NCBI GenBank assembly: GCA_035702405.1
Contig: DASSQR010000096.1
Coordinates: 2,037 to 66,036 of the forward strand
Direction of reading: 5' to 3'
Source of the DNA: Gallionella sp.
Lineage (GTDB): Bacteria; Pseudomonadota; Gammaproteobacteria; Burkholderiales; Gallionellaceae
DNA length: 64,000 nucleotides
Below the pieces are notes generated by a model. That model ran no database searches and was not told where the DNA came from. It worked only from the letters and a program-made list of their open reading frames with translations. This document shows, piece by piece, positions 1 to 10,803 of this stretch (position 1 is its first letter; each line of letters opens with the position of its first letter). The position numbers were made by a program, and so were the translations under genes.

Positions 1-1
1 T

Positions 2-1297
2 GCCAACACACTTCCCAAGGAACTCCTGGCGCCGCCGTCTTTTTTGCGTGACCAACTGGCGGGACAAGCCCGGAACAAGGAAGAAGCCCCCGTGACGGGC
101 ACGGCTGCAGCCGGTGAAGGAAAGGAGAATGCCGCGCCGCCGACTGAACAGCAGACCACTGCCGCACTGACCAGCCAGCTCCCGGTGACTACACCAGCGG
201 CGCCCCAGATCCAGCCCGCGCCGCAATTCATACCGGCTGAGCAGGCGGTGGTACAGGACACGGTTTCCGGTGGCCTGATTACTACAGGGCTGGTTGCCGG
301 ACAAACATATCCCTATTCGTTTGACCTTGCCATGGCACGAACGGAATCGAATACCTTTACCTCGCGCGCCGGTGCTCCGGCCAGCACCTCCGCTTTCGGC
401 TCCAGCGAAGCCTGGCGGGTACAGGGTAGCATTACCATCATCGATCCAGCCAGGCTGCAGCAGGACAAGGAAGTATTCTTTGCGCCGCTGGTGGTAGATC
501 GCACGCCGGCGCTGACTTTCCTCACCAGTGCGCTCAGTTACAGCGGGTCGTCTGATTTCCATCCGAATACGACGGGCACGAATTGCAGTTTTCGGGATTG
601 CATTGGTCCGGCGGTTGGAACCGTCAATTTCACGTGGTCCAAGACGGCCGCGGTGGATACCGGTTCCACCGCCGCGGGTAACCTCAGCTGGGGCCGCTAT
701 ACCATGTCCGCTACCGAAAATGTTGTGAGCGGGACCTATGCGGGACAATCCAACAGCCGCACCACATATGAACACTGGGCCACCGGCGATCCGGTCAATT
801 TTGCCGCATTGCCGACCTCGGGCATCTATTCGTATACCTGGGTGGGCGGCACCCGGCCAACTGACCAGAATGGCAATGTGGGGGCCATGGCCAATGGCGG
901 AACGATCGGCATCACCTTTACCGGCGCCGGCAGCGCAGATATGAGTCTGGTTGGTGCCGCGTGGGCCATGCCTAGCGGCAACAGCTATACCTTGAACATT
1001 TCTCCTCCCATACCCGTCAGGATCGTGCAAGCGCCTTATGCCGCCACAACTGCGGGATGGAGCGATACCGGTACCCGGACTTTCATCAGCCCGGTTACCG
1101 GGGCGACCGTGACCGGGGCGATTCCCGGTACGGTCACTTGCGCCGGACCGACCTGTCCGGGCGGCGTTACCGCGACGGTTTCTCCCATGCTGTTCGGTGC
1201 CAGTGGGACCGGACTGGCAGCCGGGATTGCCACCGGGCCGGCGAGCAGCGTCGCGGGCGGAGAACGGACGGCTTCCGTGCAGGTATATAAACGTTGA
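2..1297 (+). CDS. Secreted FecR-family/TbpB-like beta-barrel protein, 5' truncated by the window edge (putative type XI secretion cargo 1)
   Basis: Frame is open from nt 2 (ANTLPKELLAPPSFLRDQLAG...). Pro/Ala/Thr/Gln linker, then Gly/Thr-rich beta-strand domain with WGRY and GTRPT motifs shared with paralogs at 2730 and 6058. FecR domain presumed upstream of the window. Confidence 0.7.
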   Translation, partial: ANTLPKELLAPPSFLRDQLAGQARNKEEAPVTGTAAAGEGKENAAPPTEQQTTAALTSQLPVTTPAAPQIQPAPQFIPAEQAVVQDTVSGGLITTGLVAGQTYPYSFDLAMARTESNTFTSRAGAPASTSAFGSSEAWRVQGSITIIDPARLQQDKEVFFAPLVVDRTPALTFLTSALSYSGSSDFHPNTTGTNCSFRDCIGPAVGTVNFTWSKTAAVDTGSTAAGNLSWGRYTMSATENVVSGTYAGQSNSRTTYEHWATGDPVNFAALPTSGIYSYTWVGGTRPTDQNGNVGAMANGGTIGITFTGAGSADMSLVGAAWAMPSGNSYTLNISPPIPVRIVQAPYAATTAGWSDTGTRTFISPVTGATVTGAIPGTVTCAGPTCPGGVTATVSPMLFGASGTGLAAGIATGPASSVAGGERTASVQVYKR

Positions 1298-1306
1298 GCC
1301 AAACCC

Positions 1307-1342
1307 GTAATTTGTAGCGACACCAGTAATTTGTAAGCGACA
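1307..1342 (+). repeat. Direct repeat GTAATTTGTA(A)GCGACA x2 upstream of SLAM-like gene 1
   Basis: GTAATTTGTAGCGACA at 1307-1322 and GTAATTTGTAAGCGACA at 1326-1342. Confidence 0.7.
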
Positions 1343-1384
1343 ACACCCAAAAATTCAATGTCTTTGCTCTAAAGAGGAAAGTAG

Positions 1385-2713
1385 ATGCATAGTATTGGCA
1401 GGGGACTTGGTTTGGTTGTACTGCTGCTGTTTTCGGGAAACGCCCTGACGGGGACGGACAGTCTGCTGGCGCAGGCGGACAAGCTGCTCAGGGCCGGCAA
1501 GGCACAGGAAGCGTATGCATTGCTGGAACCGCTTCAGGCCGAACGCGCCGGGGATCCAAATTATGACTACCTGCTCGGCGCCGCGGCGCTGGATAGCAGC
1601 AAACCCAACAAGGCGGTCTTCGCCCTGGAGCGCGTGCTGGCAGTCAACCCGGAACATGTACCGGCACGCATCGAAATCGCGCGGGCCTATTTTGCGACCG
1701 GCGAAACGGTGGCCGCGCAGCAGGAATTCGAAACGGTACGGAAATATAATCCCCCCAGGGAAATCAATGAGGCGATCGGGAAATACCTCGATGCCATTGA
1801 GCAGGCACGCGCGATGGAACGCACTTCGGTGCAAGGTTATCTCGAAGCTGCGGCGGGATCCGACAGCAATGTGAACAGCGCGACGGCGAGCAATCAGGTC
1901 GCGATTCCCGCCTTTGGCGGTTTCATCGCAACCTTGAACGCGATCGGCATGAAGCTGCGGGACACTTTCTACCGGGTGACGGGCGGCTTCAACGCGCGTC
2001 GTCCATTTACCCCGGAATGGGCGATGTTCGGCGGCGCGAACTATAACCGGCGCTTCAATTCCACCCAGACTACATTCGATACGGGCGTGCTGGATGGCAA
2101 TCTCGGCATCAATCTCATCAAGGGCGCCGACAGTTACTCGCTGGCCTTGCAGGGTCAGAGCTTTGACCTGGACAACAGCTGTTATCGTCTTGCCAACGGA
2201 CTGACCGCACAGTGGCTGCGCAACCTGGACAAGAACAGCCAGGCCAGTGTCTATTTTCAATACAGCGACTTGCATTATCCGGGACAGGACGTGCGTGACG
2301 CCCGGCGCTATATTGCAGGAGTGGCCTATGCGCATGCACTGGGGGGCAAGTACAGTCCCGTCATTTATGCAGGCGCCTACGGCGGGCAGGAACGGGAGCG
2401 GCGCAGCGATGTGCCTTATTTGGGGCACAAGCCCTATGGTCTGCGCGCGGGCGGTGAGCTGAAACTCGCACCTCAGGCAACTCTGTTCGGATCGGCCAGC
2501 ATCGAGTGGCGCGATTACCACGGACAGGATCCGTTATTCCAGGTGACCCGCAAGGATACCCAAGCCGTCCTGACGGCAGGCGTAGGCTATGTTCCCGCCA
2601 AAAACTGGACGATCACTCCCAGCATCAGCCTGACCCGCAACCGTTCCAATATCGTGATTGACGATTACAACCGTGCGGTGTTCGGTGTAACCGTGCGCCG
2701 TGATCTTGACTAG
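1385..2713 (+). CDS. SLAM/DUF560-like outer-membrane protein (TPR + beta-barrel), putative type XI secretion translocon 1
   Basis: Signal peptide, N-terminal TPR (ALERVLAVNPEHVPARIEIARAY), G.DSNVN motif, amphipathic beta strands, RNRSNI..DYNR C-terminal motif. Adjacent to TbpB-barrel-like genes. Confidence 0.8.
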   Translation: MHSIGRGLGLVVLLLFSGNALTGTDSLLAQADKLLRAGKAQEAYALLEPLQAERAGDPNYDYLLGAAALDSSKPNKAVFALERVLAVNPEHVPARIEIARAYFATGETVAAQQEFETVRKYNPPREINEAIGKYLDAIEQARAMERTSVQGYLEAAAGSDSNVNSATASNQVAIPAFGGFIATLNAIGMKLRDTFYRVTGGFNARRPFTPEWAMFGGANYNRRFNSTQTTFDTGVLDGNLGINLIKGADSYSLALQGQSFDLDNSCYRLANGLTAQWLRNLDKNSQASVYFQYSDLHYPGQDVRDARRYIAGVAYAHALGGKYSPVIYAGAYGGQERERRSDVPYLGHKPYGLRAGGELKLAPQATLFGSASIEWRDYHGQDPLFQVTRKDTQAVLTAGVGYVPAKNWTITPSISLTRNRSNIVIDDYNRAVFGVTVRRDLD

Positions 2714-2729
2714 CACAAGGAAAGACAAC

Positions 2730-4496
2730 ATGGTCCTGCGGCGGCATTCTGGTTTGCGACTCTGGATGCTCTTGCTGGCCATGGCGGTTCTAGCCTTTCC
2801 CTTGACCGGGTACTGCGCGGCCGCGGGGCGGGTTGAATTTGCGATTGGCAAGGTGACGGCGGTTGCTGCGAATGGTGCTCAGCGCCCGCTTAAAAAAGAT
2901 TCTGAGATTTATGGCGGCGATACCGTCAACACCGGCGTCGAAGCGCGCGCGCAGATAAGTTTCAGCGACGGCGGCTACGTCTCATTGCAGCCCGGCACGC
3001 AGTTCCGGGTGGACGATTATCACTATGCGGACAGGACCGACGGCAGCGAGAGAGGATTCTTCAGCCTGCTGAAGGGTGGCCTGAGAACGATTACCGGTGC
3101 GATCGGGCACTTTAATCGCGACCGCTACAAACTCACGACGCCATTGGCGGTTATCGGTATCCGCGGCACTGCCTACAACGCGGCACTGGGCGATGGCTTG
3201 GTCGTGAGCGTGGCCGACGGCAGCATCAGCCTGAGCAACAACGGCGGCATGCTGATTCTGGAACGAGGTCAGTCGGCCTTCGTCTCAGACGCGAACACCG
3301 CGCCTCAACTAACGTTCAAGAAGGCAGCTACACCGCCCGCGGCGGCAGGCGGTGGTGGCGCAACGGCAGGACAGGATGCGCCATACGCGCAAGGCGACTG
3401 CATCGGAACCTGCGGCGGCGGGGGGCTGCGTCTGATTCTCGCCAGTACCTTGTCCGGCATTGGTGGAAACAATGCAAGCCCGGGCACTACACCGGGCACC
3501 ACGCCGGGAACTACACCGGGTACGACACCGGGTACGACACCGGGTACGACACCGGGTACGACACCGGGTACGACACCGGGTACGACACCGGGTACGACAC
3601 CGGGTACGACACCGGGTACGACACCGGGAACTACACCGGGAACTACACCGGGAACTACACCGGGAACTACACCGGGAACTACACCGGGCGGCATTGATCC
3701 CGTTCCCGGCATTCCGCTGCAATTGTCGGGGGTGACCGCCGTGTTTGCCAGTTCGGCGCTGGTCACGCCGCGGGTCGGGGAAGACCGTGGTGGCGTGGCC
3801 ACATTCAATGGCGCGGGGGCGGAAACGTCATATGTGCAGCAGGCGTTCGGTCTGCCCATCGCGTCGCTTGATTTGAGTAAGGCGGTACGGGACACAAGCG
3901 TGAACAACGGCATCCCGGCATCCGGCAATGATGGCACAATCGCATGGGGGCGCTACTATGGGACCATCAGCGTGACGGAAAACAGTGGCTCTTCGACGGC
4001 GACATTCAGCGACTTCCAGGGGTTGCATACAGTGGCAGGAATTCCGACCGCGCCGATGCCGACCTCCGGCTCGGCGCATTTCAATCTGACGGGGGCGACC
4101 AGGCCGACCATCGACACGGGCAGTTTTGCCCCGGGGAGGGTCACGGACGGGGGGCTCGACGTGTTCTTCGGTGCCATTCCTTCCCTGTCCGGGCAGTTGC
4201 ATATGACCGTCGGGCCGGCCAGCCAGAATCTTGCCTTGAGTTTCAGCACCGGTCCGGCAACCGGTACTTCGGTTACAGCAACGGAATGGCGTGGTCCTGC
4301 GGGCACCGCGCCACTGACCGGGACGATCTGCAACGCAAGTTGCTCTTCCGCATCGGTTGCGTTGTTTTTTGCCGGCCCGAACGCTGCCCGGGCGGGGATG
4401 ACTTATTCGGTCAGTACCAATGGCTCGAGCACGGCGGGTGGCACCCTCTTCGGCGCGGCCGTATTTACAAATACCGGGACGCCGGCAATCCGTTAA
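2730..4496 (+). CDS. Secreted FecR-domain protein with PGTT repeat linker and TbpB-like C-terminal barrel (cargo 2)
   Basis: ATG 2730 after AAGGA. Signal peptide, FecR motifs (GD.V.TG, FSDGG.V.LQP, LLKGGLR.ITG, IGIRGT), 17x PGTT, then barrel region with AWGRYYG and GATRPT. Confidence 0.8.
   Translation: MVLRRHSGLRLWMLLLAMAVLAFPLTGYCAAAGRVEFAIGKVTAVAANGAQRPLKKDSEIYGGDTVNTGVEARAQISFSDGGYVSLQPGTQFRVDDYHYADRTDGSERGFFSLLKGGLRTITGAIGHFNRDRYKLTTPLAVIGIRGTAYNAALGDGLVVSVADGSISLSNNGGMLILERGQSAFVSDANTAPQLTFKKAATPPAAAGGGGATAGQDAPYAQGDCIGTCGGGGLRLILASTLSGIGGNNASPGTTPGTTPGTTPGTTPGTTPGTTPGTTPGTTPGTTPGTTPGTTPGTTPGTTPGTTPGTTPGTTPGTTPGGIDPVPGIPLQLSGVTAVFASSALVTPRVGEDRGGVATFNGAGAETSYVQQAFGLPIASLDLSKAVRDTSVNNGIPASGNDGTIAWGRYYGTISVTENSGSSTATFSDFQGLHTVAGIPTAPMPTSGSAHFNLTGATRPTIDTGSFAPGRVTDGGLDVFFGAIPSLSGQLHMTVGPASQNLALSFSTGPATGTSVTATEWRGPAGTAPLTGTICNASCSSASVALFFAGPNAARAGMTYSVSTNGSSTAGGTLFGAAVFTNTGTPAIR
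3480..3683 (+). repeat. In-frame 12-bp tandem repeat, 17 units encoding (PGTT)17
   Basis: Units 4-12 are CCGGGTACGACA, units 3 and 13-17 are CCGGGAACTACA, units 1-2 are variants. Confidence 0.95.
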
Positions 4497-4710
4497 CTGT
4501 CGCCTAATCACCTGCATGCATCCCAAGGGCAGATTGCATCCGAGTGGGCCATTGAATAGGCCTTTTGTCCGCTGCAAATTCTTCAACCTGATGATAATAC
4601 GTAATATTATTGTTTTCCGGTGTTGCGCGATAAGAACTTGTTTGCCATACTTTCTTGGCTCGCTACAACATTCGACGGACTTAGTACTTTACTGACTAAA
4701 GGGGAAGTAA

Positions 4711-6039
4711 ATGAACAGTATCGGTAAATGTTTTGCCATGTTCGCCTTTTTGCTGATTTCAGGGAACGCTCTGGCAGCGGGCGACAGCCTGCTAGTCAAT
4801 GCTGACACGTTGCTCAAGAGCGGTAAAGCGCAAGAAGCCTATGAGTTGCTGGTGCCGCACCAGTCCGAGCGCGCCGGCGATCAGAACTATGACTATCTGC
4901 TGGGTGTCGCAGCGTTGGATAGCGGCAAGCCAAATGAGGCGGTGTTCGCACTGGAGCGCGTGCTGGCCGTCAACCCCAATCACTTGCAGGCGCGTGCCGA
5001 GATCGCCAGGGCTTATTTTGCGGCGGGTGAAACGGCAAATTCAAAGCGTGAATTTGAAACTGTCCAAAAACAGAATCCCCGTGGAGAGGTAAGGGTGGCC
5101 ATCGAAAAATACCTTGAGGCCATCGAGCAGGCTCGCGCCGGCCAGCGCACGACGGCAACGGGTTATCTGGAGGCAGCGGTGGGTTCGGACAGTAACGTGA
5201 ATAGTGCAACCGCCAGCAACCAGATTGCCATTCCATTTTTTGGCGGCGCCATTGCGACGCTGAATGCTACCGGGGTCAAATTACGTGACAGTTTTGCCAA
5301 TGTGGCTGGCGGCCTTTTCGTGCGGCATCCCTTTAACCCCGAGTGGGCCGCATTCGGCGGAGCGAGCTTCAATCAACGCTTGAACTCCACGCAGACAGCA
5401 TTCGATACAACCGGGCTGGATGGCAATTTTGGCCTCAATTTACTCAAAGGAAGCGACAGCTATTCAATCGCATTGCAGGCGCAAGGTTTTGACCTCGACT
5501 ATCACAGCTTTCGCGTTGCCAAGGGGGCGACGGCGCAGTGGCTACATACCTTGGGCAGCAGCAGTCAGTTTAGCGCCTACGTCCAGTATGCCGACCTGCA
5601 TTATCCCGGTCAGGATATTCGGGATGCCCAACGTTATGTCGTGGGTGCTGCCTACGCACGCGCTCTCGTGGCCGAGTCCGCCCCGGTCGTTTATGTCGGC
5701 GCCTATGCCGGCGAAGAACGGGAGCGCAGGGCAGGTGTACCCTATCTGGGGCATAAACCTTATGGACTGAGAGCCGGCGGCGAGATGAAAATCAATCCGA
5801 AGGCAACGTTGTTTGGTTCCGTGAGCGCCGAGTGGCGCCGCTATAACGGCCCCGATCCCTTGTTTTTGGTGACTCGCAAGGATACCCAAGCCGATCTCGT
5901 CATGGGAATCGGTTATGTCCCGGTCAAAAAATGGACAATCACGCCCAGCCTGAGTCTCACCAGAAACCGTTCCAACGTGGTCATCAGTGACTACAACCGG
6001 GCGATATTCAGCGTGAGTGTTCGTCGCGACTTCAACTAG
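4711..6039 (+). CDS. SLAM/DUF560-like outer-membrane protein, putative type XI secretion translocon 2
   Basis: Clear paralog of 1385-2713: same 442-aa length and shared motifs (YDYLLG, ALERVL, GSDSNVNSAT, YLGHKPYGLRAGGE, RNRSN). Confidence 0.8.
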   Translation: MNSIGKCFAMFAFLLISGNALAAGDSLLVNADTLLKSGKAQEAYELLVPHQSERAGDQNYDYLLGVAALDSGKPNEAVFALERVLAVNPNHLQARAEIARAYFAAGETANSKREFETVQKQNPRGEVRVAIEKYLEAIEQARAGQRTTATGYLEAAVGSDSNVNSATASNQIAIPFFGGAIATLNATGVKLRDSFANVAGGLFVRHPFNPEWAAFGGASFNQRLNSTQTAFDTTGLDGNFGLNLLKGSDSYSIALQAQGFDLDYHSFRVAKGATAQWLHTLGSSSQFSAYVQYADLHYPGQDIRDAQRYVVGAAYARALVAESAPVVYVGAYAGEERERRAGVPYLGHKPYGLRAGGEMKINPKATLFGSVSAEWRRYNGPDPLFLVTRKDTQADLVMGIGYVPVKKWTITPSLSLTRNRSNVVISDYNRAIFSVSVRRDFN

Positions 6040-6057
6040 CAAAGAGGAGAAAACGCC

Positions 6058-7518
6058 ATGTTCTCTCAACAGCATTTATTCGTGCTTTGCCGGACAACGG
6101 CGCTGGCCATGGTTCTTGCCGTTTTTCCTTTGACGGGCTATTGCGTCGCTGCAGGCAAAGTAGAATTTGTGGCTGGCAACGTGATGGCCGTGGCTGCGGA
6201 TGGCAGCCAGCGGCCCCTGGTCAAAGGCGCCGAGATCAATGCGGGTGAAGCCATTCACACCGCCACCGGCGCGCGTGCCCAGGTTCGTTTCACCGATGGC
6301 GGCTTTGTTTCGTTGCAGCCGGACACTCAATTCAGGGTGGACGAGTACCATTACGAAAACAGGACGGATGGCAAGGAGAAAGGACTTTTCAGTCTGTTAA
6401 AGGGCGGGCTGAGAGCCATTACAGGTCTGATCGGTCGTGTCAACCGTGACAATTACAAGGTTGCCACACCGCTGGCTACCATCGGAATTCGCGGGACCGG
6501 CTATAACGCTGTCCTGAATGAGGAACTGCAAGTCAGTGTAGCGGAAGGCGTCGTCAGCCTGACCAACAAGGGCGGAGTGCTGACCCTTTCCCAAGGACAG
6601 TCAGCGCTTGTGACTGATGTCAATACCATCCCAAAGCTCATATTCGAGAAACCGTCAACGCCGCCAGCCGGGATGACAGGAACTACAACGCCTTCGCCCG
6701 TGACCGAGCAGTTTGTGGCAGGCGCGTGCACGACATGTGCCAACACCGGTTTGCCCTCAAGTGTTACAGGCGGGTTGACGGTGATCACTGGGGTGGCGGC
6801 GGTCGGGACTAGCATAATGCCCGCGGGAGGATTAGGTGCCGACTATCCCGGTACAGTGACGTTCAATACCGCAGGTACCGAAGTTTCGTACAAGACTGCT
6901 GGCGGGACGTTGATCGATTTGGCCGCAGCAACGCTGGATACGAGTACCAATAATGGTATCCCGGCAGCCGGCTATGACGGCACGATCGCATGGGGGCGTT
7001 TTTATGGCGCGATCACGCAAGGACTTCAGATTTTAAATTTTAACGCCAACCAAGGGATGCATACGGTGGTGGGGATTCCAACTCCAACCCTGCCGGCTAG
7101 CGGCGTGGCGACGTACACGCTGGCAGGTGCGACGCGGCCAACCCTCAGTACCGGAGCATGGACACCCGGAGTCGTGACAGGCGGTTCGATGGCAATAACT
7201 TTCGGTGCTGTGCCGTTCATTGAGCCAAGCTCACTGGTGTTCACCATGAATGGTAGTACCTTTACCCTTCATTTCTCTGGCTCATTTACTGGAAACAGCT
7301 TCATCCTCAACAATTTCGCAACTACCTATGCTCTGACTAATGCACCCGCCACGGGCGCTCCTGCTACCCCTTGTAACCCGGCCAGTTGCATGGCAACCGT
7401 GGGTGGCTTCATCGCGGGGGGCAATGCCAGCCGGGCCGGCATAATTTACGGCATCAACGGAGGAGCTATACCAGCCGGAGCGCACGTTGACGGTACCGCG
7501 GTGTTTAGTCGCCTATAG
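6058..7518 (+). CDS. Secreted FecR-domain protein with TbpB-like C-terminal barrel (cargo 3)
   Basis: Paralog of 2730-4496: FPLTGYC signal region, FecR motifs, IGIRGT, short P/T linker, AWGRFYG, GATRPT. Confidence 0.8.
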   Translation: MFSQQHLFVLCRTTALAMVLAVFPLTGYCVAAGKVEFVAGNVMAVAADGSQRPLVKGAEINAGEAIHTATGARAQVRFTDGGFVSLQPDTQFRVDEYHYENRTDGKEKGLFSLLKGGLRAITGLIGRVNRDNYKVATPLATIGIRGTGYNAVLNEELQVSVAEGVVSLTNKGGVLTLSQGQSALVTDVNTIPKLIFEKPSTPPAGMTGTTTPSPVTEQFVAGACTTCANTGLPSSVTGGLTVITGVAAVGTSIMPAGGLGADYPGTVTFNTAGTEVSYKTAGGTLIDLAAATLDTSTNNGIPAAGYDGTIAWGRFYGAITQGLQILNFNANQGMHTVVGIPTPTLPASGVATYTLAGATRPTLSTGAWTPGVVTGGSMAITFGAVPFIEPSSLVFTMNGSTFTLHFSGSFTGNSFILNNFATTYALTNAPATGAPATPCNPASCMATVGGFIAGGNASRAGIIYGINGGAIPAGAHVDGTAVFSRL

Positions 7519-7560
7519 TTTGGAAGAAAAAAGGCCACAGCACGGATACTGCAGCTACAA

Positions 7561-7590
7561 TAAAATAGCCCGCATTTGCGGGCTATTTTA
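7561..7590. terminator. Bidirectional rho-independent terminator
   Basis: Perfect inverted repeat TAAAATAGCCCGCA-TT-TGCGGGCTATTTTA between convergent genes. Confidence 0.85.
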
Positions 7591-7618
7591 TTGGCGTAAG
7601 CAGGCGATGCTTAACAGA

Positions 7619-9022
<1,404 letters not shown>

Positions 9023-9077
9023 TTACGCGAATCAGGGGTATTCCTGCTCAAGAAGTCTCCGAGAGTCGCGCAGCAGA

Positions 9078-10163
9078 CTATGGGAGACTTCTTTCGATGA
9101 TGGCGCCGCCGAGGCATACCTCTCCATCGTAGACCACCCCCGATTGTCCCGGCGTGACCGCCCATTGCGGCTGGTCGAACGCGACTTCGCAGCCGTCGGC
9201 AGAAAGGTGGGTGACGCGGCACGGCGCATCGGTCTGGCGATAGCGCGTCTTGGCGGCGTACGGGTGGTCGAGCTGCGGCGCAATGCTGCTGATCCAGTGG
9301 CTGTCCAGTGCGGAGAGGTGCGTCGCGAGCAGCGCGGGATGGTCGTGTCCCTGCACCACGATCAGCCGGTTGTTGGCTATGTCCTTGCCGGCCACGAACC
9401 ACGGTTCGCCCGAGGAATCGCTGGCGCCGCCGATGCCCAGTCCCTGGCGCTGCCCGATGGTGTAAAACGACAGTCCCATGTGGCGGCCGACGGTCTTGCC
9501 TTCTGGAGTGCACATATCACCGGGCTGTGCGGGCAAATAGCGATTCAGAAATTCACGGAATGGCCGCTCGCCGATGAAACAGATGCCGGTGCTGTCTTTT
9601 TTCGCGTAATTGGACAGACCATGTTGTTCGGCAATCGCACGCACCTGCGACTTCAGCATCTGGCCGAGCGGGAACATGGCCTTTGACAGTTGCGCCTGAT
9701 TCAGGCGATGCAGGAAATAGCTCTGGTCCTTGCTGTCGTCGCGCGCCTTGAGCAACCGGAACCGGCCGTCCACTTCGCGCACCTGGGCATAGTGGCCGGT
9801 CGCGATGAGGTCGGCGCCCATCCTGATGGCATGATCGAGGAATGCCTTGAACTTGATTTCCGAGTTGCACAGGATGTCCGGGTTGGGCGTGCGTCCGGCT
9901 TGGTATTCGCGCAGGAAATAGCTGAACACGCGTTCCTTGTATTCCTTTGCGAAATTCACCGCCTCGATCGGGATGCCAATGGTATCGGCCACGGATACCG
10001 CATCGAGCAAGTCCTGGCGCGACGAGCAATATTCGCTGTTGTCGTCGTCTTCCCAGTTTTTCATGAACAGGCCGATCACGTCGTAGCCTTGCTGCTTCAG
10101 AAGCAGGGCCGTGACCGATGAATCCACCCCGCCGGACATGCCGACGACTACCCGTTTAGTCAT
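9078..10163 (-). CDS. mnmA: tRNA 2-thiouridine(34) synthase
   Basis: [49 protein letters not shown]. Confidence 0.97.
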   Translation of the reverse strand: MTKRVVVGMSGGVDSSVTALLLKQQGYDVIGLFMKNWEDDDNSEYCSSRQDLLDAVSVADTIGIPIEAVNFAKEYKERVFSYFLREYQAGRTPNPDILCNSEIKFKAFLDHAIRMGADLIATGHYAQVREVDGRFRLLKARDDSKDQSYFLHRLNQAQLSKAMFPLGQMLKSQVRAIAEQHGLSNYAKKDSTGICFIGERPFREFLNRYLPAQPGDMCTPEGKTVGRHMGLSFYTIGQRQGLGIGGASDSSGEPWFVAGKDIANNRLIVVQGHDHPALLATHLSALDSHWISSIAPQLDHPYAAKTRYRQTDAPCRVTHLSADGCEVAFDQPQWAVTPGQSGVVYDGEVCLGGAIIERSLP

Positions 10164-10602
10164 AGTCAGTCAGGATTTCCAGCGGGTAGCGCTTGCCGGC
10201 AAGGTAATCCTCGACGCAGCGCAAAATCAGCGGGCTGCGATGTTTGGCCTGGTTCGCGCGAATCTCGTCCGGTGTCAGCCAGACTGCCTGCAGAATACCG
10301 TCATCCAGCTTGCGGCCGGGTTCATGGCCGGTGATCTCGCCCGTGAACGCAAAGCGCAAATAAGTGACGCCCGCTTCGACAGAATGCCAGCGGTAGATAC
10401 CAAGCAGGTGCTGCGGGACGAAGTGATAGGCGGTTTCTTCCAGCGCTTCGCGCGCAGCCGCGGCTAACAGTGATTCGTTGGCTTCGAGATGTCCGGCGGG
10501 TTGATTGAAGCGGATGCCTTGCGAGGTTTCTTCTTCCACCAGCAAAAATTTGCCGTCGCGTTCGATGACGGCGGCGACGGTGACGTTGGGTTTCCAGATC
10601 AT
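10156..10602 (-). CDS. nudJ: NUDIX hydrolase (NudJ-like)
   Basis: WKPNVTVA start, Nudix box [26 protein letters not shown]. Adjacent to mnmA. Confidence 0.85.
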   Translation of the reverse strand: MIWKPNVTVAAVIERDGKFLLVEEETSQGIRFNQPAGHLEANESLLAAAAREALEETAYHFVPQHLLGIYRWHSVEAGVTYLRFAFTGEITGHEPGRKLDDGILQAVWLTPDEIRANQAKHRSPLILRCVEDYLAGKRYPLEILTDYD

Positions 10603-10761
10603 GTTTACATTGCAGCCAAGGGTAAATTCGGTGCGCCGCATCAGATGCAGAGGGCAAAGTGCAGCGCGAGAGGGCGAATTATACGCGTGTCGAGTTCCAG
10701 ATGAAAAATCGGAGCCCGCACGGATGGAGCCGCAGCGGAAAAAAACGGAACGACAGAAAAT

Positions 10762-10790
10762 AAAAAAGGCAGGGTTGCCCCTGCCTTTTT
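10762..10790 (-). terminator. Rho-independent terminator
   Basis: AAAAAAGGCAGGG-TTGC-CCCTGCCTTTTT just downstream of the 10804-11037 gene. Confidence 0.8.
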
Positions 10791-10803
10791 ATTGAAGCTG
10801 GTA

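Noticed and set aside
3480-3683. Regular repeat that might be mistaken for a CRISPR array
   Set aside because: Contiguous 12-bp units with no spacers, in frame within a CDS; no cas genes.
6721-6745. CTTCA as a potential heme c motif in cargo 3
   Set aside because: CxxC is followed by Ala, not His; not a cytochrome.
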